Below, piece after piece: positions 1-12,264 of a stretch of 64,000 bases of DNA. The DNA comes from Leucoraja erinacea. Lineage: Eukaryota. Under the pieces are notes generated by a model. It was not told the DNA's origin. It ran no database searches and worked only from the letters and a program-made list of their open reading frames with translations. The DNA is taken from positions 26,040,001 to 26,104,000 of the forward strand of contig NC_073386.1 of the NCBI RefSeq assembly GCF_028641065.1, written 5' to 3'. The position numbers were made by a program, and so were the translations under genes. The number at the start of each line of letters is the position of its first letter. The first letter of the stretch is position 1.

Positions 1-90
1 GATCGCGTGTGTTACCTCCTGTGTTCCAATTTTCCTCTGTCATTCCAAGCATGTGCAGGTTGGGAAGCTAATTGGCCATTGTAAATTGGT
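1..90 (+). mobile_element. V-SINE (HE1-like) fragment
   Basis: Degenerate V-domain (TTTTCCTC...TCCAAGCATGTGCAGGTT...CTAATTGGCC) resembling the copy at 19310. Confidence 0.5.
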
Positions 91-1028
91 ATTGGTTTAT
101 TCTTGTCACGGTGAGAACCTTGTTTTGTATGCTATACCAGTGGCAGTTAATAGCTGAGTCTCACGTACGAGTTGACACAAGAGGTACCCCGAGTTAAAAC
201 TCGTGGTAATAATGTACGATTAACGTACGGAACTCGTGGACGCAACTTAGAGACTCGTGGCACTAACGGCAGGTACTCGTGAAACTTGTCAACTCTTGCA
301 AAAAATCAAGCATGTTTAAAAATTTCCACGAGTCAATTTTACTCTTGTGGTTAAGAATTGAAACATTTTAACTTGTTGTAAGAACGTAGTGGCCCGTGCG
401 TTTACCTTAGTGTATCGTGAGTCTACCATGGGAACTCTTTAACTCAGCGGGCAGGCAGCAGCAGATTGTCACTACCTTCAGTTTCCCAGCGACAATCACC
501 TGCCATAACGCGAGAGAGATCATGCACTGTTGTTGGTCTCCTTTGCACGTCGGTGTTTCTGTCCTTCACCACTCATTGTTGGCCCTATCTGTCACCACCC
601 CCACCTACACCCCTCTGCTTCCCGGCCATGTGTGTGACCCCTTCCCTTCCCTCTCCAGCTCCCCGTCCATTGCACCAGCGCGGGGGCTTTGCACTGTCTT
701 CACGTCGGCGATGCCTGCAGGTCAGTGCCAGTCGCCCCGGGGCAGTTGCTCCCTTCAGTTTCCCAGGGGGTCGGGATGGGACGGGAGTTGGGAGGGAAAG
801 GTGGGGGGGGGGGGTTGGGTGGGTTAGGTGAGCAGGAGAGTGGGGTTGTTTGCAGAGGGAGGGGGCAAGGGCAGTACAGTTCACAGTCTCGGCTCCTGTC
901 CAGGGGGGTGGCCGGAGACGTCAGGACCAACGGGCCACCGACCCCCAGGTCCACTAGGCCCACTGCAAGCACGGAGAACCCAGAGACCCACAGCCAACAG
1001 CAACTCCAGAGGAAGCCGCTCCCCGATG

Positions 1029-1064
1029 GGCCGCTACGGCGACAAGTGGCAGTTCGCCCACAGC
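1029..1064 (+). pseudogene. Fragment of ZFP36/TIS11-family CCCH zinc finger 1
   Basis: Translates GRYGDKWQFAHS versus family CKYGDKCQFAHG; both Cys codons are altered. Confidence 0.6.
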
Positions 1065-1159
1065 CCGAGCCTGCAGCCCTTCACCTCCACCCCTTCACCT
1101 CCACCCCTCTCCCCTCAGTCCGACACCGAGACTTCCTGCTGAAGATGAGCAGCTGCCGG

Positions 1160-1235
1160 CTGGATGAAGTGGCAGCCGGTACCGTAGGGGCAGAAGCTGA
1201 TGGTGTGCAAGGTACGTCTTGTTCTTGGGGTGGTG
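1160..1235 (-). pseudogene. Fragment of ZFP36/TIS11-family CCCH zinc finger 2
   Basis: Reads HHPKNKT-[11-nt deletion]-TLHTISFCPYGTGCHFIQ versus family [29 protein letters not shown]. Confidence 0.8.
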
Positions 1236-2084
1236 GATGAGGGTTTCAAACAAATCATAAGTATAACTGCTCTGGCATTGGATGGTGCGCATTTTCCCTT
1301 TGTAGGTCACATCAATAGATGCGGCCGCGCTGAATTCTATCTTTAAAACAAAGCCACAGGATGGAGAGGTCTTCTTTAACACTGTTGCTTATTAAAACAT
1401 AACACTGTTGCTTATTAAAACAAACCTTCAATCAGGATTGGCACAAGAGTAACTCGGGAAACAAACTTGGAACATCGCAGAAATGACAAGCAAACGGCAA
1501 ACTTGTCATACCCGTGGGAACTCGGTTAAACTCTTGATCATACACTTGCAATCTCGTACACAACCACGAGTCTTTCACTTGGGGCACCTCTTGTGTCAAC
1601 TCGCAACGTGAGACTCAGCTTTAAGACTTTCAGTTTGGCACGTGGATGTGCAGAGAATGGAGGGATAAGAAACACATTCATGCAAAGGAGATAAGTTTTA
1701 TATGTTCAGCAGTCATTATGGGCCAAAAATCCTGTTCCTGTACTGTAAAATCCTTTGATCTATGCACGTTTTCAGCTTAAGTTTAAATATTAACCAATTT
1801 TATTTTAGAAATATATTTGAATATTAGAGATATATGAAGGTTGTTTAAATCTCCACGTTTTTCCAGTGTCAATGCCTTCGGCCTTGTGAGCTGTCAATAA
1901 TGAGAAAATGTGACCAATTGTGCTCCTTTGTCAGTGTTTATCATCGCCTACAACAGGGCAATGGGACGTGCCCAGGAGGTCAGGTTGTACTCGTAGGGAA
2001 AGAATGAGCCAAAATCGCAGAGCCCATACCTGCACCACCCACTAGACTCTTGAGATATGATGGGCTAGCAATATAACCAACCAC

Positions 2085-4105
2085 AATATACAGACACCGT
2101 GACGTCATATGTCAGTTTTTGTGAAGACAGTTGCATACGGATCAGGTTCAACAACGACAAGCCTTCGTTTACAGCAGAACTCAGCCAGTCTAAAGATGAG
2201 GCCGACAGGAGCATGCAGATATCTACAGGCAGGCCAAGTACAAGCTGAGAAGCGGAATGCCAAGGAAAGGTACTCTGAGAAGTTGAGGACCAAGTTCTCA
2301 GCTAATGACTCATCTTCAGTGTGGAAGGGCTTGCAAGAAATCACCAGCTACAAGAAGAATGCCCCCCGCTCTTTGGACAACCGTCAGCTGACTAACAACC
2401 TGAATGAGTTCTACTGCAGGTTTGAAAGGCAGAAACATAACCCAGGTACCCCTTCTCTCCCCTCCCCCACCCATCCCTCCCCAATCAACCCTCACACTAA
2501 TTACTGCCTGATTCCAGTCTGCAAACACTGGGCTCTCCTCCACTATCTCCCCACCCCCTAACCTTCTTGCTGCCCAATATCAGTCTGGCCACTTCTCCAT
2601 CACTAACAATAGAAATTGAGGAGGCGCAAAAGCTATTCAGGAGACAAAGCTGGTAATCTCCAGGGCCGGACAATGTTTCCCCCTCTACCCTCAAGCTCTG
2701 TGCCGAACAGCTGGCACCAGTCTTCACAGCCATTTTCAACCAGTCCCTGCAAACCTGCACTGTCCATGTCTGCTTCAAAGTCTCCACTATTGGCCCTGTA
2801 CCAAAAAAGTTAAGGATTACTTGTCTTAATGACTACAGGCCTGTCGTACTGACCTCTGTAATCATAAAAAACCCTTGAAAGACTTGTGCTGGCCCAGCTG
2901 AAAATTATCAAAACCCCCTGCTGGACCCCCTGCAGTTTGCATACCAGGCCAATAGATCAGTGGATGACACAGTCAACCTAGGCCTGCACTTCATCCTCCA
3001 GCACCTAGACTGCCAAGGGACCTATGCAAGAATTCTGTTTGGATTTTAGCTCTGCATTTAACACCATTGTGCCAGAGCTACGACACTCCAAACTCTCCCA
3101 GTTAACTGTGCCCGAACCCCTCTGTCAGTGTATCACCAACTTCCTGACAGACTGGAAGCAGCTTGTGAGGCTGGGAAAGTACACCCGCTGACCCTCGGCC
3201 TAGGAGCACCGCAAAGCTGCATACTCTCCCCTCTCCTTTACTCTCTTTACACCAAAGACTGCACTTCCACAGACTCCTCTGTCAAGCTCCTCGAGTTTGC
3301 GGACGACACAATCCTGATTTGACTGATCCAGGATGGGGAGGAATCTGCCTATAGACGGGAAGTGACACAGCTGGCGTCCTGGTGCCATCACAACAACTTG
3401 GAGCTCAATGCTCAACAGTGGAATTGATTGTAGATTTTAGGAGAGCCTCATTATCAACAACACTACAGTCACAACTGTGCAGTCATATACGTTCATCGGA
3501 ACCATCATCTCCAGGGGCCTTAAATAGGAGGCCACCATCTACTCCACAGTCAAAAAGGCCCAACAGAGGATGTACTTCCTGTGGCAGCTGAGGAAACACA
3601 ACTTGCCACAGGCAATGATGGTCCAGTTTTACACTACCATCATAGAGTCTGTCCTCGCCTTCTCCAGCATGGTCTGGTTTGGCTCGGCCACCAAGCATGA
3701 CATCCGGAGGCTACAGCGTATCATTCGATCAGCCAAGAAAGTTGTTGGCTGCAACCTTCCCCCTATTGACGAACTGTACACTGCAAGGGCCAGGAAGTGA
3801 GTGGGTAAGATCATCTCTGACCTCTCTCACCCTGGCCACCAACCCTCTGAAGTACTTTCCTCTGGGAGGCGACTCGGGACTATCAAAGCCACCACAGCCA
3901 GGCATGAAACAGTTTCTTCCCACGTGCAGCAGGTCCACTCAACAGCTAAAAGTCTGTAGCTTTTTTCTCTATTGTGCTTTATTTTCACATGTTTAAATTA
4001 TAATGTTTTATTTTTAATTGTCTGGTGTATATTGTGTTTTTACCATCTGTGAGCAAAGTACCAAGTCATATTCCTTGTATGTATACATACTTGGCCAATA
4101 AAATT
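2085..4105 (+). mobile_element. 5'-truncated Rex1/Babar-type LINE, degraded RT
   Basis: Frameshifted motifs [49 protein letters not shown] and QRMYFLWQLRK; AT-rich 3' end with AATAAA near 4097. Confidence 0.85.
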
Positions 4106-5397
4106 TTAGTCTGATTCTTCTTGTGCTTCTTCCTCATCTGGCAGAGTATAATGTGGATTTAGACAATTATCTTTTGCAGATGTGGACTAGTTCACCAGGG
4201 AATGAGATCAGCATAGTCTCATCCAATTTGTCAAAATACATTGTTTTATCATTTTTAATTACTATTTTGAAGTAGTATTAAGATAAAGAATTGGAGAGAA
4301 AAACACAGGTTACAGAAAGATTTACTGAATTAAAAAGTAGCATAGTACTTCAGTGCCTTATGATACTGCAGTCCTTGGGTTATATTACAGTCAAGTCATA
4401 GCAGCATACATAACCAATGTTTAAAAATAGCTTTTTCATGCCTTTGGAGAGATGGAAGCAAGAAACATCCATTTAATTACAAAACTGGTGAAATAGGAAA
4501 GAAAAATTTGCAATAGTGCAATGAGCCAAGCTAACTAAGCATTTATACTTTTAAAAATAGATAAAATAAAATTCAGTCTATTTAAAGCCACATTTCTAGA
4601 AAGCTGCAATCAAAGTAGAAAATGTAATATTTAGCAGTTATGCAGCATAGTGGAAGGGTTAATATTTCAGTTCATTGAACTTTGTCAGTGCTGCAACGGT
4701 TTAGAATTTTAATGAGATTTATCAAGGAGGCAGAGAAGTGGGGGGAGAGGACAAAAGAAATGAGGAAGATGTATGATTTGGCTGAGCACTAGCAATTAAT
4801 TGATAAAAAATATATGGTGATGCAAGGCAAAATCGTGTCAAATTTTTTTTTAAAAACAAGAGACGGTTTGTCTCTCGAAAGGAGGTTGGTCATGGAATCA
4901 TTGCCGGCATCTTCTGCACCAATTATTACGTTCTAAAAAGATTTAAACTCAATGATGGAAGCAGTCCATATTCCCCAATTTTGAATTTCTATGGAATAGC
5001 GTAGAGTCTGATACAGTAAGGTATAGCATAGAAGCGGGTCCTTTAGCCCACATTGTCTGTGCCTAATATTATGCCAAGCTAAACTCTTATTTCCCTGCCA
5101 GTCCAAAAGCTTCTCTTATCTACTTGCACCACCACCTCCTGCAACGTATCCCAGGCACCCACCACTGTGTGTCTTCTGAGAAAAAGGTCCCGACTATCCA
5201 TCCTATCTATGCGCCTCATAATTTTGTATACAATAAACCTTCCATATAATGGACCACACAGGGCGAGATGGTGTCCATTACCACCAATTGTTGACTATAA
5301 CCGAATAAGGGATTGACACGTACAGTACTTTTGCAAAAACATCCAGTAAAAATACACCATACAATAAACATAAGGGACGTAAAATACACAATACCTT

Positions 5398-5840
5398 GGG
5401 GCAGCATGATGGTGCTGTGGGAGAGTTACTACGTTACAGCGCCTGACACTCGAGTTCAATCTGGCGCCGGATGCTCCTTGTGGCAGCGTGTGTTTCTTTC
5501 GGGTGCTCTGGTTTCCTCCCCCATTGCGGAGATGTTCAGATTTGTGTTCTGGGGCGCCCGGGGTTGGGGTCTGGCCCGGATCTCTGGCACTGAGGTGACG
5601 GCTCTGCCAGTGTATTGCAGAGGCCAGTTGTGCTGAAATCTGCACATCTTTGCAGTTGGGAGCTGTGAGCTGTCACAGTCTTTGTCTTTGCAATGTGGGA
5701 GGAAAGATAGAACCACTACAGTAGTTATGTGGAGGAAAGATAGAACCTAGTGTGCAGGGTAGAACTAGTGCATGGATGAACATTGGTCGGCACTTATTTG
5801 GTGTTTCCACGCTGTATCTTGAAACTAAACTAAACTAAAA
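5398..5840 (+). mobile_element. V-SINE (HE1-like), interrupted
   Basis: tRNA-like head (GGGGCAGCATGATGG...GAGTTCAATC), GGTTTCCTCCC V-domain and (AAACT)n tail at ~5822-5840. Confidence 0.55.
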
Positions 5841-6044
5841 TGGTTCAGAAACTCCATTTGCTCTATCCACCTAATGGTCATTCCATGAAACAACATCAAC
5901 AAACTTGGTCACCAACAGATTTGGTCAACTCAAACCAGAATCCGTTATAAACCCCGTTAAACGAGGGTTTAATGAACTCGGGCAATCAGACCTGTTGCAT
6001 TCAAAGTAGTGCTGACTGCCCCTAATTAACCCAAATGGGGGGAA

Positions 6045-6257
6045 ATGTTCCCAATGTTGGGGGAGTCCAGAACCCTGGATCACAGTTTAAGAATAAGGGG
6101 TAGGCCATTTAGGACTGAGATGAGGGGACAAAATTTCACTCGGGTAGTTGTGAATCTGTGGAATTCTCTGCCACAGAAGGCAGTGGAGGCCAATTCACTG
6201 GATGTTTTCAAGAGATAATTAGCTCTTAGGGCTAAAGGAATCAAGGGATATGGAGGA

Positions 6258-6306
<49 letters not shown>

Positions 6307-6432
6307 GGGGGGAAAGCAGGAGCGTGGTACTGATTTTATATGATCAGCCATGATTATATTGAATGGCTCGAAAACTGAATGTCCTACTCGTGCACCTATT
6401 TTTTTTTCATGTTTCTATGTTCTATGTTTCTA
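6045..6432 (+). mobile_element. CR1 LINE 3' fragment with poly-G run
   Basis: ORF2 end (HSLRIRGRPFRTEM...NLWNSLPQKAVEA) and (TTCTATGT)n tail. Confidence 0.8.
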
Positions 6433-7211
6433 AAACCTATCCTGAATAATACTCTCCAATGACTTCCATACCACTGACCAAATTTGCCTCTCTCAATAAC
6501 CTGGGATGGATCCCATCTTTCTTTGGGGATTTATCCACTTTAATGCTCTTCAAGCCCCCCAATTGCACCTCCTCGTTCATCTCAAATTGCCCTTACGTAT
6601 TGTTATGCTCCACAATGAATTCGCCTCCATGTCTTTCTCCTTGGTGAATCCAGATGCAAATCATGATTAGCGTCTTGTCTACATCTCCTGACTCCAAGCA
6701 CATATTTCCTCCTTTAACCTTGAGCTGTCCCACCTTCTCCCTGGTTGCCCTCTTGTTATAAATGTAGGTATAAAGCCTTGTGATTTTTCTTTAAATCCGA
6801 CTTGTCGAGGCTATTTTGTCGCCCCTTTTGCCTCATCAAAATAGTGTGATATTGTATTACATTTAAAATATAACCTGTGGGTTATAAATGTGAGTCTCAT
6901 AAAATGAGAGGCATTAAATGAAAATGAGGCAATATTTTGTTAATTAGAAGCATCCTGATTTATGCATTATATTTATACAAATGCCAGCACAGTTTTGAAG
7001 ATAAAAAAATCTAATTTCTTGATATCAAGCACCACAATAGTAGTTCTGTCACTCAATAGTTGGATTTATCTTGTAGATGTTCAAAAATGTGTTCTGGGCA
7101 GTGGTTTGATTTTCTGTTGTGGATGTGACGGGATATCAAGCATGTATATATTTTTTTAACAATTTTGTTGATAAATTCTCTTTTTATATTAAATGACAGT
7201 TTTGATTGCAG

Positions 7212-7373
7212 GATCTCCAGGATGAAGTTGACAAGGAAAGTACAAACTTACAGAAATTACAAGAGCAGAGGCAAGAAGTACAGGATGTGCTCAATGGCTT
7301 GGATCAACAGAAAAACAAACTGGAAGAGCAGCTACATGATATCAGGGAGAAATGCACGGATGAGGCACATTTG
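7212..7373 (+). CDS. EPS15: EPS15 coding exon (coiled coil): DLQDEVDKESTNLQKLQ...CTDEAHL
   Basis: ttgcag acceptor, gtatgt donor, 162 nt, phase 0/0; matches the EPS15 DLQDEVQRENTNLQKLQ region. Confidence 0.95.
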
Positions 7374-8057
7374 GTATGTTGTAGTTAGTTGTGAACATAA
7401 TTATGTAGCCAATTGATCACCACGCAAGTCTTTCTTCTGGAATTCATTTTGGGGCTAAAAGCCACAGCACCATGTAATAGACACACTTTCCAGCTCTTCA
7501 GCAAAAACTACAGTTTTAATATTTGGATCTTGTACTGTCTAATTTTCACGGGTTGATACTGACTAGAAATTACGCTCTTCGATTCAATAAATATGAAGCT
7601 TAGGTCTGGATTAAAACACAAAATCAGGAATACACCAGGTATCGTTTAGATTAGCTGTTTACCTCACAGGAAAACTTAAAAACAAAAGGGAAAAGCATTT
7701 TTGGAAATGGTCTGGCAAAACTACCCTTTTTTTCCCCACAAAAGTGTTGATCATAATGTAATTAGATGTAAATACTCAACCAGTTTTATTCCCTTTGGCC
7801 TCGGATTGATTTAAAGCTTAGATCCAAATGCCTTTTACAAAAATTCAGAAACACCATGTACAAAAAATAAAAGTAGCATTTTTTAAAATTCTGAAAATAA
7901 AATAAGGCACACTTTCTTAAGAATAATTAAATACACTAAAACAGATTAAATGAAATCAAATAAAATGTTTACTCATGGCATTCTTTGGGTTTACTCTTTG
8001 CAATAGGGCTAACATGTTTCTGCAATATTAGCCCTGGATTAGCCTCGACAGGCTGCT

Positions 8058-8706
8058 CCCTAAATTATAGACCAGTTAGCCTGACTTCGGTGGTGGGAAA
8101 GATGCTGGAGTCAATTATAAAAGATGAGATAGCCACATATCTGGATAGCAGTAACAGGATCGGTCTGAGTCAGCATGGATTTACGAAGGGGAAATCATGC
8201 TTGACTAATCTTCTGGAATTTTTTGAAGATGTAACTAGGAAAATGGACAAGGGAGAGCCAGTGGATGTAGTGTACCTGGACTTTCAGAAAGCATTTGATA
8301 ATGTCCCACACAGGAGATTAGTGGGCAAAATTAGGGTACATGGTATTTGGGGTAGAGTGCTGACATGGATAGAGAAGTGGTTGGCAGACAGGAAACAAAG
8401 AGTAGGGATTAACGGGTCCCTTTCAGAATGGCAGGAAGTGACCAGTGGGGTACCGCAAGGCTCGGTGCTGGGACCGCAGCTATTTACAATATACATCAAT
8501 GATTTGGATGAAGGGTTTCAAAGTAACATTAGCAAATTTGCAGATGACACAAAGCTGGGTGGCAGTGTGAACTGTGAGGAGGATGCTATGAGAATGCAGG
8601 GTGACTTGGGCAGGTTGATTTGGGATGATCAGCCATGATCATATTGAATAGCGGTGCTGGCTCGAAGGGCCAAATGGCCTACTCCTGCACCTATTGTCTA
8701 TTGTCT
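8058..8706 (+). mobile_element. CR1 LINE RT fragment fused to its 3' UTR by an internal deletion
   Basis: [46 protein letters not shown] and [10 protein letters not shown]; jumps at ~8615 to the 3' UTR; (CTATTGT)n tail. Confidence 0.9.
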
Positions 8707-9510
8707 AAATCTGACACCAATGGGGGAAAAAATGAGTATCAAGTGACATTGATATGATGTCCCTAGTGAACATTCCATTGTAGTGCAAAGGCAGCCGGTA
8801 GCTAAGTGATATAATGCAATCTGCGTCAACGATCCTAGTCCAGTGCCAAAACTGGGAAAGGGACTTAAAGCTAACACTGTAAAATGACTCAAGAGTATAA
8901 AGATGCTGGTACTCATGAAGATCTGCCTCATTTCAGATTCTTCACCTAAGTTAGCGGGGGCGGAGGTATTAAGTATTCATCTGAATAGATTTTGCTGCTC
9001 GTGTTTGACCTAATGCCTGAGGATTTATGGGGTCAGATTCCCCAACTCCCAAGTCGTGCATAAGCCTGACTATACAAAGATGACAAATTTTCTTTTGGGT
9101 ATAAAATCTGTCAATCTTTTCCGTTATTGCTTGTATGTAATTCTAAATGCTTCCAAGTAGTTGATTCTTAACTGCCTCCTCAGTTCAAGAATGGATAATA
9201 AATTATGGCATTGCCAGTGATGTCCATTTACTGTGAACAATTTTTTTTTTTTTTTAAATTGCAATTAAATTATCTGAATTTAATTTTCCTATATAATAGA
9301 AAATGAATTCATGACTTTACATAATTATTCCAGTTTTTTTGATTAGTAACGTAACAGCTTTGCAGCCATAATTGTTACAATACTTAAATTTATGGATTAC
9401 ATTACATACCATCATGTAACTCATGGGAAACCAGATTTCATTAACATTCCATCACATTTATTCTTTGGAATGTTTGACTATATATTACTTATTGTTCACT
9501 TTGGTTCTAG

Positions 9511-9708
9511 ATTGCATCACTAAAGACTGAGATATCAAATCAGGAATCCCAGATATCATCTTGTGAGGAAGAGCTGATAAAAGCACAGGAAGAACTAAAA
9601 CTACTGCACCAGGAGACAGCAGAGCTGGAAGAGCAAATGGAGGCAAGTCATGCCCATTTGGAACCTATGCAACAAACTCTTTGGGCATCCCATCAGGAAA
9701 TTAATCTG
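9511..9708 (+). CDS. EPS15: EPS15 coding exon (coiled coil): IASLKTEISNQESQIS...HQEINL
   Basis: ttctag acceptor, gtaaat donor, 198 nt, phase 0/0; similar to ISSLKAELTSQESQISTYEEEL. Confidence 0.95.
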
Positions 9709-10965
9709 GTAAATTAGTAATTACGTACACACATCAGATTATTAATATTTTCTGCATTAGCAAAGTACTATTTTTACAATAAATTATTACATCAGTAAGG
9801 TAGGAGATTTTCCAATGGAGTAAAACTCCGATAATCGGGCCTGCTAGGGACTTTGGTGCCGTACTAACAGATTTTTCCAGGCTATTGGATAATATTCTTA
9901 CTAATAGTCAACACTTTTTTTTAAATCATATTTTGTAGTTGTAACATAGACTAATGAATTTACCATGGATGCAGTAAGTTTAAAGAGAGTGTGAGGACCA
10001 GGGCCTTGGTGAGTTACCTGTGCCTTGGTGGCTTAGAAGAGAGCATGGGACCCTGGGCCCTGGAGAGTCAGAAGGGAGTGTAGGAGGTATGATTAACAAG
10101 TCTGCAGATGACATGAAAGTTGGTGGTATTGTGATTGGTCAGGAAGGTTGTTTAACTGAGATCACATGTTGTTTAACCGAGATCACGGTAGGCCAATGAG
10201 TACATGCATGCCAGGAAAACACATGATAGTGCACACATAGGTCGATGAGACTGGGTGAAAATAGCCACAGGCAATAGAGTTTTGAATGACATTGGATGGT
10301 AGAAATTATTTGGCTTAATTGTATGCAATTAAACCCTGGTCAAAATAAAGAAAATGGCACCTAAAGCTGATCATGAATAGTATGTATTTCTGAAATGTAC
10401 TTGTTTTGGATCAAATTTTTTTTTTTTAATGATTAAGGAATTGCTTGCATACATGTCTGAAATTCACATGATCATTGGGAGATATAAGGGACTGCAGGTG
10501 CTGAAATTGGGGATAAAAGATAAACTGCTGGAAGAACAGAACTTTGTGGAGGCAAAGGTATGGTCAGTGTTCTCAGTCGAGACCCTCAGGACTCAGAGTG
10601 TCGAGGGAAGATGAAGATATACAGGTGAGAGAGAGGGGGGCAGGACAAAGGATCGTGGACAGATGAACCAGGTGGTTGAAGGGCAAAGTTTTCAGGCAGA
10701 TGCTGTACTGTGGGTGATGGGAGGAAACATCAGAGAAGAAAATAAATGAGGTAGATAGAGTTAGGTTGGGTGAGGAGGGGAAGGGTAGAAAGGCTGGCAG
10801 ATGGAAATAGATAAGGGGTGGCTGATGACCAAATTGAACTAGATTAGGGATGATGATGTCTGAGTAATGAGCACTTAGGGGAAGGATGGAAAAGTGAGCA
10901 ACCTTGTAGTCGTCTCCTACTCCTATTTTCATATGTTCTTGTGTCCAACACATCTTCTGTTTTGT

Positions 10966-11720
10966 TGAATTGAATTGAATCCTTTATTTGTCATTCAGAA
11001 CTTTCGGTCTGAACGAAATGTCGTTACCTGCAGCCATACATGTAATAATAAACAACACACAATAAACACAAATTAACATCCACCACAGTGAGTTCACCAA
11101 GCACCTTCTCACTGTAATGGAGGCAAAAGTCTTAGGGTTGCTGTCTCTTCCCTCCTCTTCTCCCTCTGCGCTGAGGCGATACCCCACCGGGCGATGGTAA
11201 GTCAGTCCCGCGGTTCAAGCTCCGCGGCCCGGGGGTGGTCGAAGCTGCCGCCCTCCAGTCCAGTGGACGCAGTTGTTGCCACGGGAGCTCCGGAAAACAG
11301 GCATCAACCTGTGACCCGCGACCTCCCGGCGATGTCATCCACTGGCCCGCAGCCAAGCCCCGGATTCAGGTCGCTGCCGCCAGAACGCTGCCTCAGCCAC
11401 CGGAGCACCGTCTCCGCCCCGCACTGGACCGCCCCCACGGGAGCGTCTCCGCCCCGCACCGGGCCGCCCTCACAGGAGCGTCTCAGCCCCGCACCGGGCC
11501 GCCCCCACGGGAGCGCCTTCCAGCCGGGAGCCGGGCCGTCCTCACGGGAGCGCCTTCCAGCCCCGCACCGGGCTGCCCTCACGGGAGCATCTCAGCCCCG
11601 CACCGGGCCGTCCTCACGGGAGCATCTCAGCCCCGCACCAGGCCGTCCTCACGGGAGCGTCTCAGCCCCGCACCAGGCCGCCCACACGGGAGTGCCTTCC
11701 AGCCCCGCACCGGGCCGTTG
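10966..11720 (-). mobile_element. Non-autonomous retroelement-like insertion with a GC-rich minisatellite
   Basis: On the minus strand it ends in AATAAAG plus (ATTCA)n, like LINE-type 3' tails; GC-rich body. Similar tails occur at ~16070, ~18280 and ~22520. Confidence 0.5.
11400..11716. repeat. ~35-bp GC-rich minisatellite, ~9 copies
   Basis: Unit CAGCCCCGCACCGGGCCGCCCTCACGGGAGCGTCT repeated with small variants. Confidence 0.9.
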
Positions 11721-12060
11721 CTCAGTATGACTGAGTATATACTGTTGCTCAGTATGTTTAGGATTGAAATCAGGTTAACTTCCAGATGGTTAAGAGTATT
11801 GTGTATAAGTGCCTGTGAGTATCCATGCTTTCTGTAACATGCAAAGATTATGGCAAAATACGAGCAATTCCATGCTTCTCTATTTTGAGCACATAAAATA
11901 TATTTAATTTAAGCGTTATAAAAATAAGGTCATGCTTCATTAAGGTAATTAAAATTGGTTGTCTTAAACACAGTTTCATTGTTTATGTGTGTCAGATTAT
12001 TCACCCACCATCTCGGTATCTGAAACATGTTAAGTAATTCTTTGAATTTTGTATTCAAAG

Positions 12061-12264
12061 GTGAAATCCAAGTTGTCTGAGCTGCATGATAATGAGGAAA
12101 GCTTCAACGATCAACTCAGGTGGCAGAGTCATCTGCAACCTATTGTCAATGGTAGCATTGAGCACTCTGATCTCAACAACAGTGTGAGTGAGACTGCTGA
12201 CCGGAAGGAAAATACAGAGAGGCAAAGCCCAGTGGAAAAAGAAGAGATCATTAATGAGCCTGTG
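12061..12264 (+). CDS. EPS15: EPS15 coding exon: VKSKLSELHDNEESFNDQLRW...INEPV
   Basis: tcaaag acceptor, gtgaga donor, 204 nt, phase 0/0; QLRW...IVNG...SETA resembles QLNW...LVNG...SETA. Confidence 0.9.

Larger units (their letters stand above)
151..1621. mobile_element. Non-autonomous TIR DNA transposon, PIF/Harbinger-like, with captured gene fragments
   Basis: ~56-bp imperfect TIRs (AGCTGAGTCTCACGT.CGAGTTGACACAAGAGG at 152 and its reverse complement ending at 1620). TAA flanks both sides (148-150, 1622-1624), matching the Harbinger TWA TSD. Many subterminal AACTCGT motifs; no transposase ORF. Confidence 0.8.

Noticed and set aside
1029-1235. Functional ZFP36-family gene
   Set aside because: The fingers lie on opposite strands, zinc-ligand Cys/His codons are lost and there is a frameshifting deletion.
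4170-4220. Possible additional EPS15 exon after ttttgcag
   Set aside because: No similarity to the expected upstream exon and no convincing donor; that exon probably lies before the window.
6259-6312. Long poly-G run as a functional element
   Set aside because: It sits in the CR1 tail region, and homopolymer length is unreliable in assemblies.
11194-11837. 178-200 aa repetitive ORFs; possible CRISPR-like array
   Set aside because: These are translations of a contiguous 35-bp minisatellite with no unique spacers, in a vertebrate intron.
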